A stretch of 64,000 bases of DNA from a virus. Its lineage: Duplodnaviria > Caudoviricetes. This document shows positions 29,389 to 39,167 of this stretch, in pieces; positions within the stretch are counted from its first letter, which is position 1, and every line of letters begins with the position of its first letter. The DNA lies in IMG/VR virus record IMGVR_UViG_3300025735_000294, positions 1-64,000 of that record. The stretch is one strand, 5' to 3'. Both the position numbers and the translations under genes were made by a program. The notes below the pieces were generated by a model. It was not told the DNA's origin. It worked only from the letters and a program-made list of their open reading frames with translations, and searched no databases.

Positions 29389-29409
29389 AAATCACATTCT
29401 CCCTAAACT
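29389..29409 (+). promoter_or_regulatory. Late promoter motif upstream of holin-dar operon
   Basis: AAATCACATTCTCCCTAAACT. Confidence 0.72.
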
Positions 29410-29442
29410 CCCCCCATTACAGCTCGCATAAGGAGAGGAGGA

Positions 29443-29760
29443 GTGCCTCAGTTAGATGAAACATTGCTGTATGCAATATGCCTTTCCCTGGTCAGTGGCT
29501 TGGGCGTGTTTATGAATGGTGTTAGAGGGCAAAAGCATAAAGCTTCGATCTTTGACTTCATTGCCGAATGCGTCAATGCACTTACAGCAGGGTTAGTAAC
29601 GTTTTTTTTGGTCAAGTGGCTTGGCTGGGATGAGAGCTTTTTGTATGCCGCGATTCTCCTCTGCGGTAACAACGCCAAGGAGTTCCTTGAAGTCGGAGGG
29701 AAAAAAATGACGGGAATGATATTGAATGCAAAGCGGGGAGATAGCGCTGATGGATCTTAA
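29443..29760 (+). CDS. lydA: Holin (P1 LydA-like)
   Basis: Three hydrophobic segments; L.SG.G.F...VR, E...A.TAG, GW, NN..E pattern. Confidence 0.75.
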   Translation: MPQLDETLLYAICLSLVSGLGVFMNGVRGQKHKASIFDFIAECVNALTAGLVTFFLVKWLGWDESFLYAAILLCGNNAKEFLEVGGKKMTGMILNAKRGDSADGS

Positions 29761-30199
29761 ACATATAGCCTTTATGGTCTTAATAGTAATTCTTTTCATT
29801 GACCGGTATGTCTTAAAAAGGGTCAGTGTAAGGTTGCTTGGTATTGGTAGCGCTGTTCTAAAGGAGAATGCAGTGGCGTTTCCAATGAAGATCTCTACAC
29901 ATCGAGGTGGTATTGGCGATGCGAGAGTTGATTACTTCTTTCGCGATCTCCGCAATCCATCCGTAGTAATTTCCGGCAAATCGCGCACGATCGATTGTAG
30001 TAATCGCGGCACGCGCGAGGAGTATCTACTAATCAGTACCCGCTACCTCGATCCTGCTGAATGGGAACTGGTTGTACGAGTGACGAACAGTAATTGCCGG
30101 TTGAATCCCCTATATAGGATCTTCCCACTTATAGCCTCTCAGACAAGACGTTATGCGTTAACCAAAACGAGTGAAGGGGAATTGCATGTTAAGCCCTAA
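29750..30199 (+). CDS. lydB: Antiholin (P1 LydB-like)
   Basis: N-terminal TM then DRY.LKR, Y..RD...P..VI.G, NPLYRIFP. Confidence 0.78.
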   Translation: MDLKHIAFMVLIVILFIDRYVLKRVSVRLLGIGSAVLKENAVAFPMKISTHRGGIGDARVDYFFRDLRNPSVVISGKSRTIDCSNRGTREEYLLISTRYLDPAEWELVVRVTNSNCRLNPLYRIFPLIASQTRRYALTKTSEGELHVKP

Positions 30200-30824
30200 G
30201 AGCAATACAGACAGTAAATATGTGCAGCTGAATTTTGACGAATTGAATGAGAAAGGCTTGGAAAAGCTGCGTAAGCAGATCGGGAAATCCGGTTATAACG
30301 TTGTCAAAATTATCCCGGCAGGGAAGGCTCGGAAGAAGGATGGCATACCGACAAAGACATTTACTTTTATCGGGCAAGACAGCCAAACCATGGATATTCA
30401 GGTGAACGACACCGGAGATATCTCGGGTATTCGCGTTAATGGCAAAAATGCGCCTTATCAGCACGCAAAGAGCTTTAATGACCTGGCAAAAACGCTTTCA
30501 GAACTCTTTAAGAAAGGGGCGACAGCCTTCCAAAAGACAATGGCCAGAAACATAGCGCGTGCAGCCAAAAAAAGCGTTGATAGCAATGCACCTAAGAGGC
30601 TAGGAGTGAAATCCAGCGCCCAGCAATACACTGAAGCTAAAGCGCGGCGTGATGCTGTCAGTGAAGATCTTCAGGCGGCCAGCGCAAAACTGGTAAGCAC
30701 AACGACCAAAGCCTCGGAGTGGAAGCAAAAGACAGAAAAATTGGTATCAGACTACACCAGTGAGCAAGCTCTTACACGGCAGCTCAAAGAGGAAATTGCC
30801 AAACTGGAAGCGGGAGAGATTTAA
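30186..30824 (+). CDS. hdf: Hdf, DarA N-domain homolog of the virion antirestriction system
   Basis: YV.LNFDELNEKGL.KL, .VND.GDI..I..NGK..P; position between lydB and darA. Confidence 0.8.
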   Translation: MLSPKSNTDSKYVQLNFDELNEKGLEKLRKQIGKSGYNVVKIIPAGKARKKDGIPTKTFTFIGQDSQTMDIQVNDTGDISGIRVNGKNAPYQHAKSFNDLAKTLSELFKKGATAFQKTMARNIARAAKKSVDSNAPKRLGVKSSAQQYTEAKARRDAVSEDLQAASAKLVSTTTKASEWKQKTEKLVSDYTSEQALTRQLKEEIAKLEAGEI

Positions 30825-33421
30825 TGCTCGGGAATCGAATCAACATAGATACAAGAACCAGTATTGCCGATGATATTTTTGGTAAGAAGTTGGCTTTTGA
30901 TGGTTATGACGCACTGGCCCTGGGCGACACAGAGGGGCTTTTACTTGAAGCGCCCAGCCTCGAAGATGTTGAAATGACATATTTGGGTACTGAGTTGCTG
31001 GCTCGCGAAGTGGGCGCCATGTTTGAAGCCATAACCACCAAACGTATTCGCCTGGCACAAACGATGCGTGCGTTTATTCGCGTCCTTAATCGGAGTTTAA
31101 ACGGAACTGATATTCGCGCCGGTGCCGATGAAGCGGGCGTGGACACTCACGATAATAATACAGTGTCCGGGGCGATTATTGGGAAAGTAAGGAAAGTTGC
31201 AGGCGTACCGGTGATGACTGCGCTAATCCCACTGTCTGACGGTCAAACAACCAGTATTGTTTTCCACTCTCCTACCGCCGACAGCCCACGCATCAAAAAT
31301 GATGATCTGCTGGTGGCATTTCAGTTTCTACTGAATAAGCGCGATGTGACTCATGTAGTGGCCCCGATTGGTGGTCGTGATGTCATGCTAAATCAAGTGT
31401 GTCAGGTACTCTCAAATCTGATTGAGCGTAATAGCGGGAAATTCAAAAAAGCACAGGATAAGCAGAGCAAGATGCGCTCCGATATTCAGTCGCTTGAAGC
31501 GGAGGCCGATAAGCTCGAAGAAGAGCGATCTGTGCTGATTGGCCGTGTTGATGATGCTCAAATACAACTGGTAAAAGCCAAGGAGGGTTACTCTGATGCA
31601 GATGAGAAAGTCAGGTCGCAAAGAGAAATCAACGCCGACCTTACGGCATACCTGGAACAGTTGAAAAAAAATGCCGCTAACACAGTACCGAAGCGGTTCA
31701 CTGAGCAGATTAGAACGGTAAAGAAACGTCTACTGGAGAGCGGTGTAACGTCGGTTGGTAATGCCCAAATTAAGACGGATGGTAATGACGTTATTATCAC
31801 CACAGTAGAGGGGCAAACCTTCAAAATTACCGCAGAGGGCGGCGATCTGGATAAAGCCGCTTCAACTCTCTTAAAAGCCTACCGCAATGATACTGCTGAG
31901 CAATATCAGGTAACGGTATCGGATGATCCACAGCTGACTGAGGATGTTAAATATTTATCCTCCCTTCTGGGCATGGAAGAAGAGTATTTCCACGAAAGAA
32001 TCGACTTTGGTGACGTTACGCCTGAGGTCCTGAATCAAATTGCTTCCGGCCTCAGAGCAGACCCATCAGAGAGTAACATCAAAACAGCTAAGTCCATGGC
32101 TGCTGGGGAGGTGGGCCAGAAACTATATGACAGCAATCAGGCCAAAGATGCGGCGATACTCGATGTAAGCAAACAAGTTAAGCGAACGCCGGTGGTGATT
32201 GAAAAATGGATGGATAGATTCAACCTCACAGCTGCTGACTTGTTGGGTTATGCGAGTGTGAATGCTGCCATGGAAGGTCAAGAGAATATTAACGCCAATG
32301 ACTCATGGTTATCCGAAGCAATTCGAATCAATGTAGACCCTTCTCAATACACACCTATGATGTTGAAGGCTTACGCCAGATACGTTGAGATGTCTCGCGA
32401 AGATCGCGCTGAGTTGACACATGAACAGGTGCAGAAAGTCTATAGCGATCGACTGAAGCAGGGCATGAATCCCAATGCTACCGAAGAAGAATTGCGTCTT
32501 GATGCTGACATGTTCCTTTACTCATTTTTCGGGACAGATGAAGAGCGTGAATTCATTGATAAGTTACGCTGGGGAAGAGTTAGTGACGAAGCGCGATCAG
32601 ATATTATGGCTAAAGCTGGTCAGTTACGTGAAGAGCACAATATCGCTTTGATCCCGGAGTATACGATCAGTAATCATGACCATGAACCTCAGGAACTAGA
32701 AGTGTCGCCTGAGCCGGAAGTCGAGAAATCATCTTTCGGAGAAGGAACTTTCCAGTATGCGTTAGTAAATCGTCCTGCAGGTATTGGTGCGATACCCGAG
32801 GGGCAGATTGGTTTATTAGATCGCCCTGAAAAAGGGAGTGCCTACCACGATGTTGCTCGCCATGGTATCGCCGTATATCCCCGCCAACTGACAGATGAAG
32901 AAGTTCGTCAGTATGAGTTGAAGTATTTGCCTCCTGAGTCCGAGCAGATCGATATAGCCTCTCGATTTGTTAATGAAGCATTCAATAAGTATGCATCTGA
33001 ATATCTCGAAATGGTTGAAGAGGATCGCGATACATTCGAAAAAACAGTGCGTTCGAAATTCCGTAAACATATGGCTGGTGTAGCGTTCCCGCAAGGCGAA
33101 GCTGGCAAAGCGATGATGCAGAAAATCGTTAATGCTTTAGCTGCAATGCCAAATCAGGAACCAGCCCCGGCAAGTAGTGAACCGCATGTTTCGGAAGCTG
33201 ATGAAGCTGCTAACCAGGCATTGTCTTTCCTGAAAACCATCCCAGCCCTTGAGACAAAGGATATGGCTCAGCTGCGCGGGGTAAGAGGCCAGGTACGCGA
33301 AGCGATCACATCCCTTCAGGCAGCTGGTCGTTTTGAAGAGAATGAGTCGCTGGTGAACGATGCAGCCCGGCACTTATCCGATCTGCTGGTGGCGATACAG
33401 CAGCAGGGAGGGGCTAATTGA
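30824..33421 (+). CDS. darA: Defense-against-restriction protein DarA
   Basis: MFEAITTKR..L..TMRAF, L.DGQT..IVFHSPT.D, FLLNKRDVTH.VAPIGG; C-domain Y.L.NRPAG.G..P, HG...Y.R.LT.EE...YEL. Confidence 0.88.
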   Translation: MLGNRINIDTRTSIADDIFGKKLAFDGYDALALGDTEGLLLEAPSLEDVEMTYLGTELLAREVGAMFEAITTKRIRLAQTMRAFIRVLNRSLNGTDIRAGADEAGVDTHDNNTVSGAIIGKVRKVAGVPVMTALIPLSDGQTTSIVFHSPTADSPRIKNDDLLVAFQFLLNKRDVTHVVAPIGGRDVMLNQVCQVLSNLIERNSGKFKKAQDKQSKMRSDIQSLEAEADKLEEERSVLIGRVDDAQIQLVKAKEGYSDADEKVRSQREINADLTAYLEQLKKNAANTVPKRFTEQIRTVKKRLLESGVTSVGNAQIKTDGNDVIITTVEGQTFKITAEGGDLDKAASTLLKAYRNDTAEQYQVTVSDDPQLTEDVKYLSSLLGMEEEYFHERIDFGDVTPEVLNQIASGLRADPSESNIKTAKSMAAGEVGQKLYDSNQAKDAAILDVSKQVKRTPVVIEKWMDRFNLTAADLLGYASVNAAMEGQENINANDSWLSEAIRINVDPSQYTPMMLKAYARYVEMSREDRAELTHEQVQKVYSDRLKQGMNPNATEEELRLDADMFLYSFFGTDEEREFIDKLRWGRVSDEARSDIMAKAGQLREEHNIALIPEYTISNHDHEPQELEVSPEPEVEKSSFGEGTFQYALVNRPAGIGAIPEGQIGLLDRPEKGSAYHDVARHGIAVYPRQLTDEEVRQYELKYLPPESEQIDIASRFVNEAFNKYASEYLEMVEEDRDTFEKTVRSKFRKHMAGVAFPQGEAGKAMMQKIVNALAAMPNQEPAPASSEPHVSEADEAANQALSFLKTIPALETKDMAQLRGVRGQVREAITSLQAAGRFEENESLVNDAARHLSDLLVAIQQQGGAN

Positions 33422-33828
33422 TGCTTAGTGCTCTTGAACGTCTGGATCTTACTGACCGACTCGATGAGCTAATGGTCAGGGCATCTTCAGCTAATGGCCT
33501 CGACCTACTCGATATCAACGATGAAATTGATGTCGTTATGGAACGGTTGGGGTATAGCTCTGCTGCAGTTGAACCCGTTGGTGAAACCGAACCTGATCCT
33601 ATATCCGAACCAGAACCTGCAGGCTCCCCGGAGACGGTTAAAGAAGAGGAACTGGTTACTCCTCCAATCGTTACTGAGTTCCTTGCGGGTAAATTCATCC
33701 AGCAATCGCAGTCGGGTTTCTTAGACACACTCCGATCACTAAGTGAATATGTCGGCCTGTTCCTATCTCTCGACCAGGTAAAAGAGCAGTCAGAAAAATG
33801 GATAACTGAAAGCGGATACTCACTGTAA
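33418..33828 (+). CDS. ddrA: DdrA-like protein
   Basis: LSALE.LDL.D.L.EL, GLD.LD..DEI..VM..LG; follows darA. Confidence 0.65.
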   Translation: MMLSALERLDLTDRLDELMVRASSANGLDLLDINDEIDVVMERLGYSSAAVEPVGETEPDPISEPEPAGSPETVKEEELVTPPIVTEFLAGKFIQQSQSGFLDTLRSLSEYVGLFLSLDQVKEQSEKWITESGYSL

Positions 33829-34060
33829 TTACCGGCCCCTTTTGTAGGGGCTGTTTTCATAGATGGATTCCACACATCCTTTAACTTCTCCATTGGTGCC
33901 CCAACAGTAACAGAGTGAGAGGTTGTCTCTTATGTGGTTTTACTTTGTTTATACGCAAAGTATGTTACTATTTTGAGTAAGAAGAAAAAGTAACACATTG
34001 AACTACTATTAAATTTACAAGGAAGCATTCATGCCTGTACTGCTAAAGGGGGATTCAAAT

Positions 34061-34666
34061 ATGCCAATTATGCCTATGACGTTTTCTCCTAGTGCTGTAG
34101 CTCGTAGGTTTGCAGTGCTGGAAGAAGTTACCTTGGGTGACACTCTGTACCAGGTCCTTTTTGACAGCAAAGTGCCATTTGTCGCCGTTATTGAAGCTGA
34201 GCCTACGCTCAACGGAAACGAACTCCGCCACAAAGTTGTGGCAACCTTGGAGCTCCAACGTCGTCCTCAACTGGAGGGTGTCTTGGTTAAGAAGTTCTGG
34301 GAAGATTGCGATGTTGCGCAGGTTGAAGGTGTCGTTGTTGATGGTGCCATTCGAGATGTGGGTTTAGCAACTTTCATATACGAGACTGTCGCTATTAAAG
34401 CAGGCATTACACTTCTTAGCGACAACGAGCAATATGCGGGCGGAAAAGCCCTATGGCAGCACATCGCTCGCCAGTCCAAAGAATTGGTTGTTTATGTGCT
34501 TGATACAGACACTGCACAGTACCTTCCGTTCGATGGCGATCGCATCCAATATGATGGAACATGCATCCCTGAATCTGATATTTGGAGTGAACATCCGGAT
34601 ACCAGCAAGCACAGCGTGGTGCTCGTTGCTGAAGCTCGTATGAAACACAGCGTTGCGGCTGCATAA
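34061..34666 (+). CDS. Stand-alone GNAT-fold protein of unknown function (moron)
   Basis: QVEGVVV...R..GLAT..Y, L.SD..QY.GG..LW resembles GNAT motifs A/B; own AT-rich promoter region and flanking terminators. Confidence 0.55.
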   Translation: MPIMPMTFSPSAVARRFAVLEEVTLGDTLYQVLFDSKVPFVAVIEAEPTLNGNELRHKVVATLELQRRPQLEGVLVKKFWEDCDVAQVEGVVVDGAIRDVGLATFIYETVAIKAGITLLSDNEQYAGGKALWQHIARQSKELVVYVLDTDTAQYLPFDGDRIQYDGTCIPESDIWSEHPDTSKHSVVLVAEARMKHSVAAA

Positions 34667-34745
34667 TCGCTGATACGATTTGCTAGAATGGCTCCCAGAA
34701 GGGGGCCATTTTTGATCTACTGGCCCTCTTTTTTTTCCCGGCATT

Positions 34746-34766
34746 AAATCACATACTCGGCACAAT
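34746..34766 (+). promoter_or_regulatory. Late promoter motif upstream of ddrB
   Basis: AAATCACATACTCGGCACAAT (-10 one mismatch). Confidence 0.6.
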
Positions 34767-34795
34767 ACCCCCCTTGGCTATTCACTAGGGAGGGC

Positions 34796-36148
34796 GTGGC
34801 AGTGCCAGGCATCACTTATCAATCATTATTTGCCGCGACGAGCATAGATGCTGTTATAGGCATTGTAGCAGCGGCACGCTTTAAGCAAACGAGGCTTGGG
34901 CGAAGTAGTTTTGTTGTGACCAGCAAAGGCAATGAAGTTAAGACAGCTTTTAAGATTGTGGATGTCAGGGACCTGGTTATCTCAAACAATCTTGACGGTA
35001 CGATCAACCCTTCCTTTCCTGCGGAACTTCAGCCCCGCGATAGAACGCGACTTTCCAGTAAGATCCAGGTCAACAGCATTGCTTCAAACCTTCGACCTGC
35101 TCAGCTCACAGATTCCGGAATGAGTAGCCATGGAGCTCCAATTGTTGGCAAGGATAATGTCGTTGAATCGGGTAACGGTCGGTCTATGGGGATTTTACGA
35201 GCATATGCTCAAGGCCAGGCTAATGACTACCGGCAATATCTTATCGAACACTCTGCCGATTTTGGTATGAAGTCGGATGAAGTGGCCAGAATGGAAATGC
35301 CGGTCCTTGTGCGCGAGCGTTTAACTGAAATTGACCGGGCGCAGTTTGCTAAAGATTCCAATATCTCTGACCTGCAGGAGATGGCCGCCAGCGAAAAGGC
35401 ATTCGTCGACGCTCAATTTCTCACTGATTCTGTGATGGCTATTTTCAATCCTTCGGATGACGGAAACCTTTTGGCAAAGTCCAATGATGCATTTATCCGG
35501 GCTTTTCTTCGTGAAATAGGCGACACCGCAACAGCGGGTCTTCTTACTGATGACGGACGTCCAACGAAACAGCTGATCGACCGCGTACAGAATGCCATAT
35601 TCGCAAAAGCCTACAAGGACGAGCGCTTGGTGAAACTTGTGTCGGAAGAACCCGATCCTGATATGCGCAATATTCTCACCGCGCTAAACACGGCGGCCAG
35701 TGAGTTCGCGCAGATGCAGATGCTTTCAGGCGATGCTCATAAGCACGCTGTGAATGGTCTGGTTGACGGCATTGAAGAAGCGGCCGGGCTTGATACTCAG
35801 GCGATCGCAGCACTCCAGGAGGCAATTAACCTGGTAAGGGAGGCCAAGGATAGTGGTCAGGCACTGGAGGAAGTAATATCGCAACGTGGTCTGTTTGGCG
35901 ACAGCTCCCCAGAAGCTGAAGCGCTAGCTATATTCATCGTATCCAACAACAGAAGCGCAAAACGAATGGGGGCTGCGTTTAAGTTGCTGGCATCCAAAAT
36001 CAACAGTGAGCTCACTCACCAGCAGCAGGCGCTTGGGGATATGTTTGGTGGCGGTGAAGTGGATCTGCGTAGCGTTCTGACAGCGGTATCTGCAGAAATG
36101 GAGCAAGAGTTTGGAGAAGGGAAGGGGCTAGACTTCTCAATGTTCTGA
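34796..36148 (+). CDS. ddrB: DdrB-like protein with ParB-like domain
   Basis: NP.FPAELQPRDRTR.SS..Q...IA.NLRP..L, GAPIVG.DNVVESGNGR. Confidence 0.78.
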   Translation: MAVPGITYQSLFAATSIDAVIGIVAAARFKQTRLGRSSFVVTSKGNEVKTAFKIVDVRDLVISNNLDGTINPSFPAELQPRDRTRLSSKIQVNSIASNLRPAQLTDSGMSSHGAPIVGKDNVVESGNGRSMGILRAYAQGQANDYRQYLIEHSADFGMKSDEVARMEMPVLVRERLTEIDRAQFAKDSNISDLQEMAASEKAFVDAQFLTDSVMAIFNPSDDGNLLAKSNDAFIRAFLREIGDTATAGLLTDDGRPTKQLIDRVQNAIFAKAYKDERLVKLVSEEPDPDMRNILTALNTAASEFAQMQMLSGDAHKHAVNGLVDGIEEAAGLDTQAIAALQEAINLVREAKDSGQALEEVISQRGLFGDSSPEAEALAIFIVSNNRSAKRMGAAFKLLASKINSELTHQQQALGDMFGGGEVDLRSVLTAVSAEMEQEFGEGKGLDFSMF

Positions 36149-36196
36149 TCATTACACCGACGGCCCGGTCACTCCGGGCATTTTCATTCACGCTGT

Positions 36197-36217
36197 AAAT
36201 CACACACTCCATAAACT
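36197..36217 (+). promoter_or_regulatory. Late promoter motif upstream of portal
   Basis: AAATCACACACTCCATAAACT. Confidence 0.75.
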
Positions 36218-36236
36218 GCCAGCCATATCTATACGG

Positions 36237-37925
36237 ATGGCGAATATGGCAACCAACGAAAGAAAATCAGGTTTAATGAAGGCTCTCAAAAAAGCCTTTG
36301 CTGGTGGGAGTGTGACGCCAGCAGACCCTATTGTTTTCACAAGTGGGCATAGCGTGGTCGCCAGGTCGGGGCTTTCCTCACTGAATCCAGGAAGTGGAAA
36401 AAACATAAATGCGCTTTCAAGCGTAGCAGACGCAGTTAACCTGTCAGCTGAGCTCCCTTCGGATCGACTATCCCGTTACTCAGTTCTAAACACGATGGCT
36501 AAAAGCCCGACGATATCAGCGGCTCTAAATATTCACATCGCTCATGCCCTGGCTCCATCAAAGAAGACTGGCCTATCATTCTTGATCGCACCAGTAGATA
36601 GCGCAGACAAAGAAGCAATAAAACGTTGTGCAGAGCTCACGGCTGATCTGGGTGAAATGATAAATACCGGCCTTCCATCATGGACCATGATTATGGCCGT
36701 GTTTGGTGTTTCATATTTGCGGCCATACGCCGAAAAAGGAAAGGGCATCACCAGCATGGAAAGCAGTTATTACACGCTGCCGCATTTCGTGCAGGAGTTC
36801 GTCAGAGGCTCGGATCTGGTTGGATTTGGTGGGGATTACCTGCTTGATCCGACGAACATGGGACGTATTATTGCGGAGCCATGGAAGCTGGTTCCCATGA
36901 AAAATCCTCACTGGATACCTCAGCACAACATCATTCCCATTACGACCGGCACCCGCGGATATAGCCTGCTGAGTGAGCAACCAGATAAGCAGCTGATGGA
37001 GACGCAGAATTACGGTACGTCATTCCTGGAGCACAGCTATGAGCCTTACTTAAATTTATGCGCGGGGCTGGCTTCACTCAAAGCGACCCGTAACAACGCA
37101 GCCAAGATTGACCGGCTTATCGCGTTAACAACGAATACCATCGATCCTGTTAATGCTGCGCTATATACGAACAACGTAGGCCAGTCTCTTATGCGTCACG
37201 GGCAATCAATGGCGCAGAAATCCATTAACGGAAACTACATGCCCACAGTCTTCAACCATCTGATCCCGGTTATGGGGGATGGCAAGAACGGCGTTACGAT
37301 CGACACCCAGTACATTCCCGCTGATATCTCAGGGATTGAGGACATCATGTTCCACCTGCGCCAGCTGGCGGCAAGTTTAGGGATTGATGCAACCATGCTG
37401 GGTTGGGCTGACATGATGAGTGGTGGCTTGGGGGAGGGTGGATGGACGCAGACCGCTATCCAAGCAGCGCTACGTGGAAACTGGATCAGATTCGCTGCTA
37501 AAACATGCATGTATCGCTTAATTGATATTCACCTCGCATTTAAATATGGGAAAGTCTACCCGGCTAATGCGCGTCCCTACGTAGTTCAATTCAACTCTAT
37601 GAATACAGCTATTCAAGAAGAGGAAAATAGAGAGCTTGATGCAAGAGCAAATTTCGTCGCGATTATTTCTCAGATTATGGAGGCCATTCAGAATAATCCA
37701 AAGCTGGCGGGTAGCGACACATTTATGCGTTATCTATTTACCGAGCAGTTACGAATAGATGAACAAACATTAGATGGGATGATTAAAGAATTTAAGGCTA
37801 CTACAGCTGAAGATGACAATGACCAATACATGTATGAATCCGCGCCACTAGCGGCTTCTGACGCCCCTGAAACTTGGTCTACGCAGCAATTGATTAATTT
37901 TGCAAAGTTCGCTCTTGGTAACTGA
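36237..37925 (+). CDS. prt: Portal protein (P1 Prt)
   Basis: 562 aa; MAKSPTI.AAL.IH..HAL, E.QNYGTS.LE..YEP, F.LRQLA..LGID..MLGWAD.MSGGLGEGG. Confidence 0.9.
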   Translation: MANMATNERKSGLMKALKKAFAGGSVTPADPIVFTSGHSVVARSGLSSLNPGSGKNINALSSVADAVNLSAELPSDRLSRYSVLNTMAKSPTISAALNIHIAHALAPSKKTGLSFLIAPVDSADKEAIKRCAELTADLGEMINTGLPSWTMIMAVFGVSYLRPYAEKGKGITSMESSYYTLPHFVQEFVRGSDLVGFGGDYLLDPTNMGRIIAEPWKLVPMKNPHWIPQHNIIPITTGTRGYSLLSEQPDKQLMETQNYGTSFLEHSYEPYLNLCAGLASLKATRNNAAKIDRLIALTTNTIDPVNAALYTNNVGQSLMRHGQSMAQKSINGNYMPTVFNHLIPVMGDGKNGVTIDTQYIPADISGIEDIMFHLRQLAASLGIDATMLGWADMMSGGLGEGGWTQTAIQAALRGNWIRFAAKTCMYRLIDIHLAFKYGKVYPANARPYVVQFNSMNTAIQEEENRELDARANFVAIISQIMEAIQNNPKLAGSDTFMRYLFTEQLRIDEQTLDGMIKEFKATTAEDDNDQYMYESAPLAASDAPETWSTQQLINFAKFALGN

Positions 37926-38936
37926 TTGGAGAGGTTTATGAAAGCGCTAAAAACTGTAACTGACCGTTTTTCGTTGGTCGAAACCATTAGAAAACATACG
38001 CCGCAAAATGGCAGGAAATACGTACTTGAATCTGTGCGGAATACCTTCAACCGCGCCGATGTAAAAGAGCGAATTTCATTAGGTGAGATGTACGGTTATT
38101 ACGGGCATGGTCGCCGAGCACTATATTACAACAAAAGTAAAAGCCTCAATTTACCGGAGGTGAGTGTGGTGATGGTGGAAGGCAAGCCGGTAGTGCTGGA
38201 AAACGTACCCTCTAACCGTACTTTGGAAGTGTCATTAGACGATGATGGGATCGTGAGCCACACCCAAGAAATTTTGGATACTGAGTCCGGAAACATCGTG
38301 CAGGGCATGCATAACTCAAATGCTGGTGGCTGGTCCTGGGCGACAAGCGGCAACGACAGCGCTTTATCGCTTGTCACTGCGTTTGACGGCTTCGATTACG
38401 TAACCACCCCAAATTATATCAGCCTGGATCGGGCGCATCTCATGCTTGAATCTGCGAGTGAGCGCGATGCTGAGTTGCACGCCTCTCTGATTGCCCAGGG
38501 ATATAGCGAGAACGCCGCGACGGACATTGTTCAGCACTTCGAAAAACTGCGGTCGTACCAACCAATGCTTGAATCAGTTCATGCTACTGAGTTGGAAGGT
38601 GCAATGCTGTCCCGCGATGCTGAAATACTTACCCTGCAGGGACGGTTACGCGAGCAACAAGCCATGCTTGATAGCCAGAATGATAAAGCCCGGCAGCGTC
38701 GAAAGGTGCTTCGAAATGGGGTGAATAATTTACCGATATTTGTCAGCCATCAGCAAAAGGAGGCTTTGTGCAGACTGGAAACAGCGGAAGATGCAGAAGT
38801 GGTTGTCGCTATGCTTGAGTCAATGGGATCGGATGTGACAAAAGGACTTCCAGTTGGCGATGCGTTAACCAAAGGGAAAGGCAATCATAATGAACCTGTC
38901 TCACCATTCCTCTGGGCTCTAAATAGAAAGTTATAA
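37926..38936 (+). CDS. pro: Prohead maturation protease (P1 Pro)
   Basis: L.TVTDRFSL, LGE..GYYGHGRR, V.H.QE.L.T..G, GGWSWAT.G, FDYVTTPNY.SL; MLES self-cleavage motifs. Confidence 0.88.
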   Translation: MERFMKALKTVTDRFSLVETIRKHTPQNGRKYVLESVRNTFNRADVKERISLGEMYGYYGHGRRALYYNKSKSLNLPEVSVVMVEGKPVVLENVPSNRTLEVSLDDDGIVSHTQEILDTESGNIVQGMHNSNAGGWSWATSGNDSALSLVTAFDGFDYVTTPNYISLDRAHLMLESASERDAELHASLIAQGYSENAATDIVQHFEKLRSYQPMLESVHATELEGAMLSRDAEILTLQGRLREQQAMLDSQNDKARQRRKVLRNGVNNLPIFVSHQQKEALCRLETAEDAEVVVAMLESMGSDVTKGLPVGDALTKGKGNHNEPVSPFLWALNRKL

Positions 38937-39167
38937 TTAACAGGTAGTTAAGATCTTATGAATAACAAATCTAAACATTTACCACTGCTTCATGTTGATC
39001 CGTCTAATGGATCTGAGTAGGATCGCGCTCATCGGATCAGATGATCCAGGCGTAAAAAAACCGCCTTCGCAGGGCGGTTTCTTTACACTTCATGCAGTGT
39101 TGTAGCAAACATTTTCAACGATGACACGCTACAAGCACTGTTCTTATATACATGGATAATTATATAG

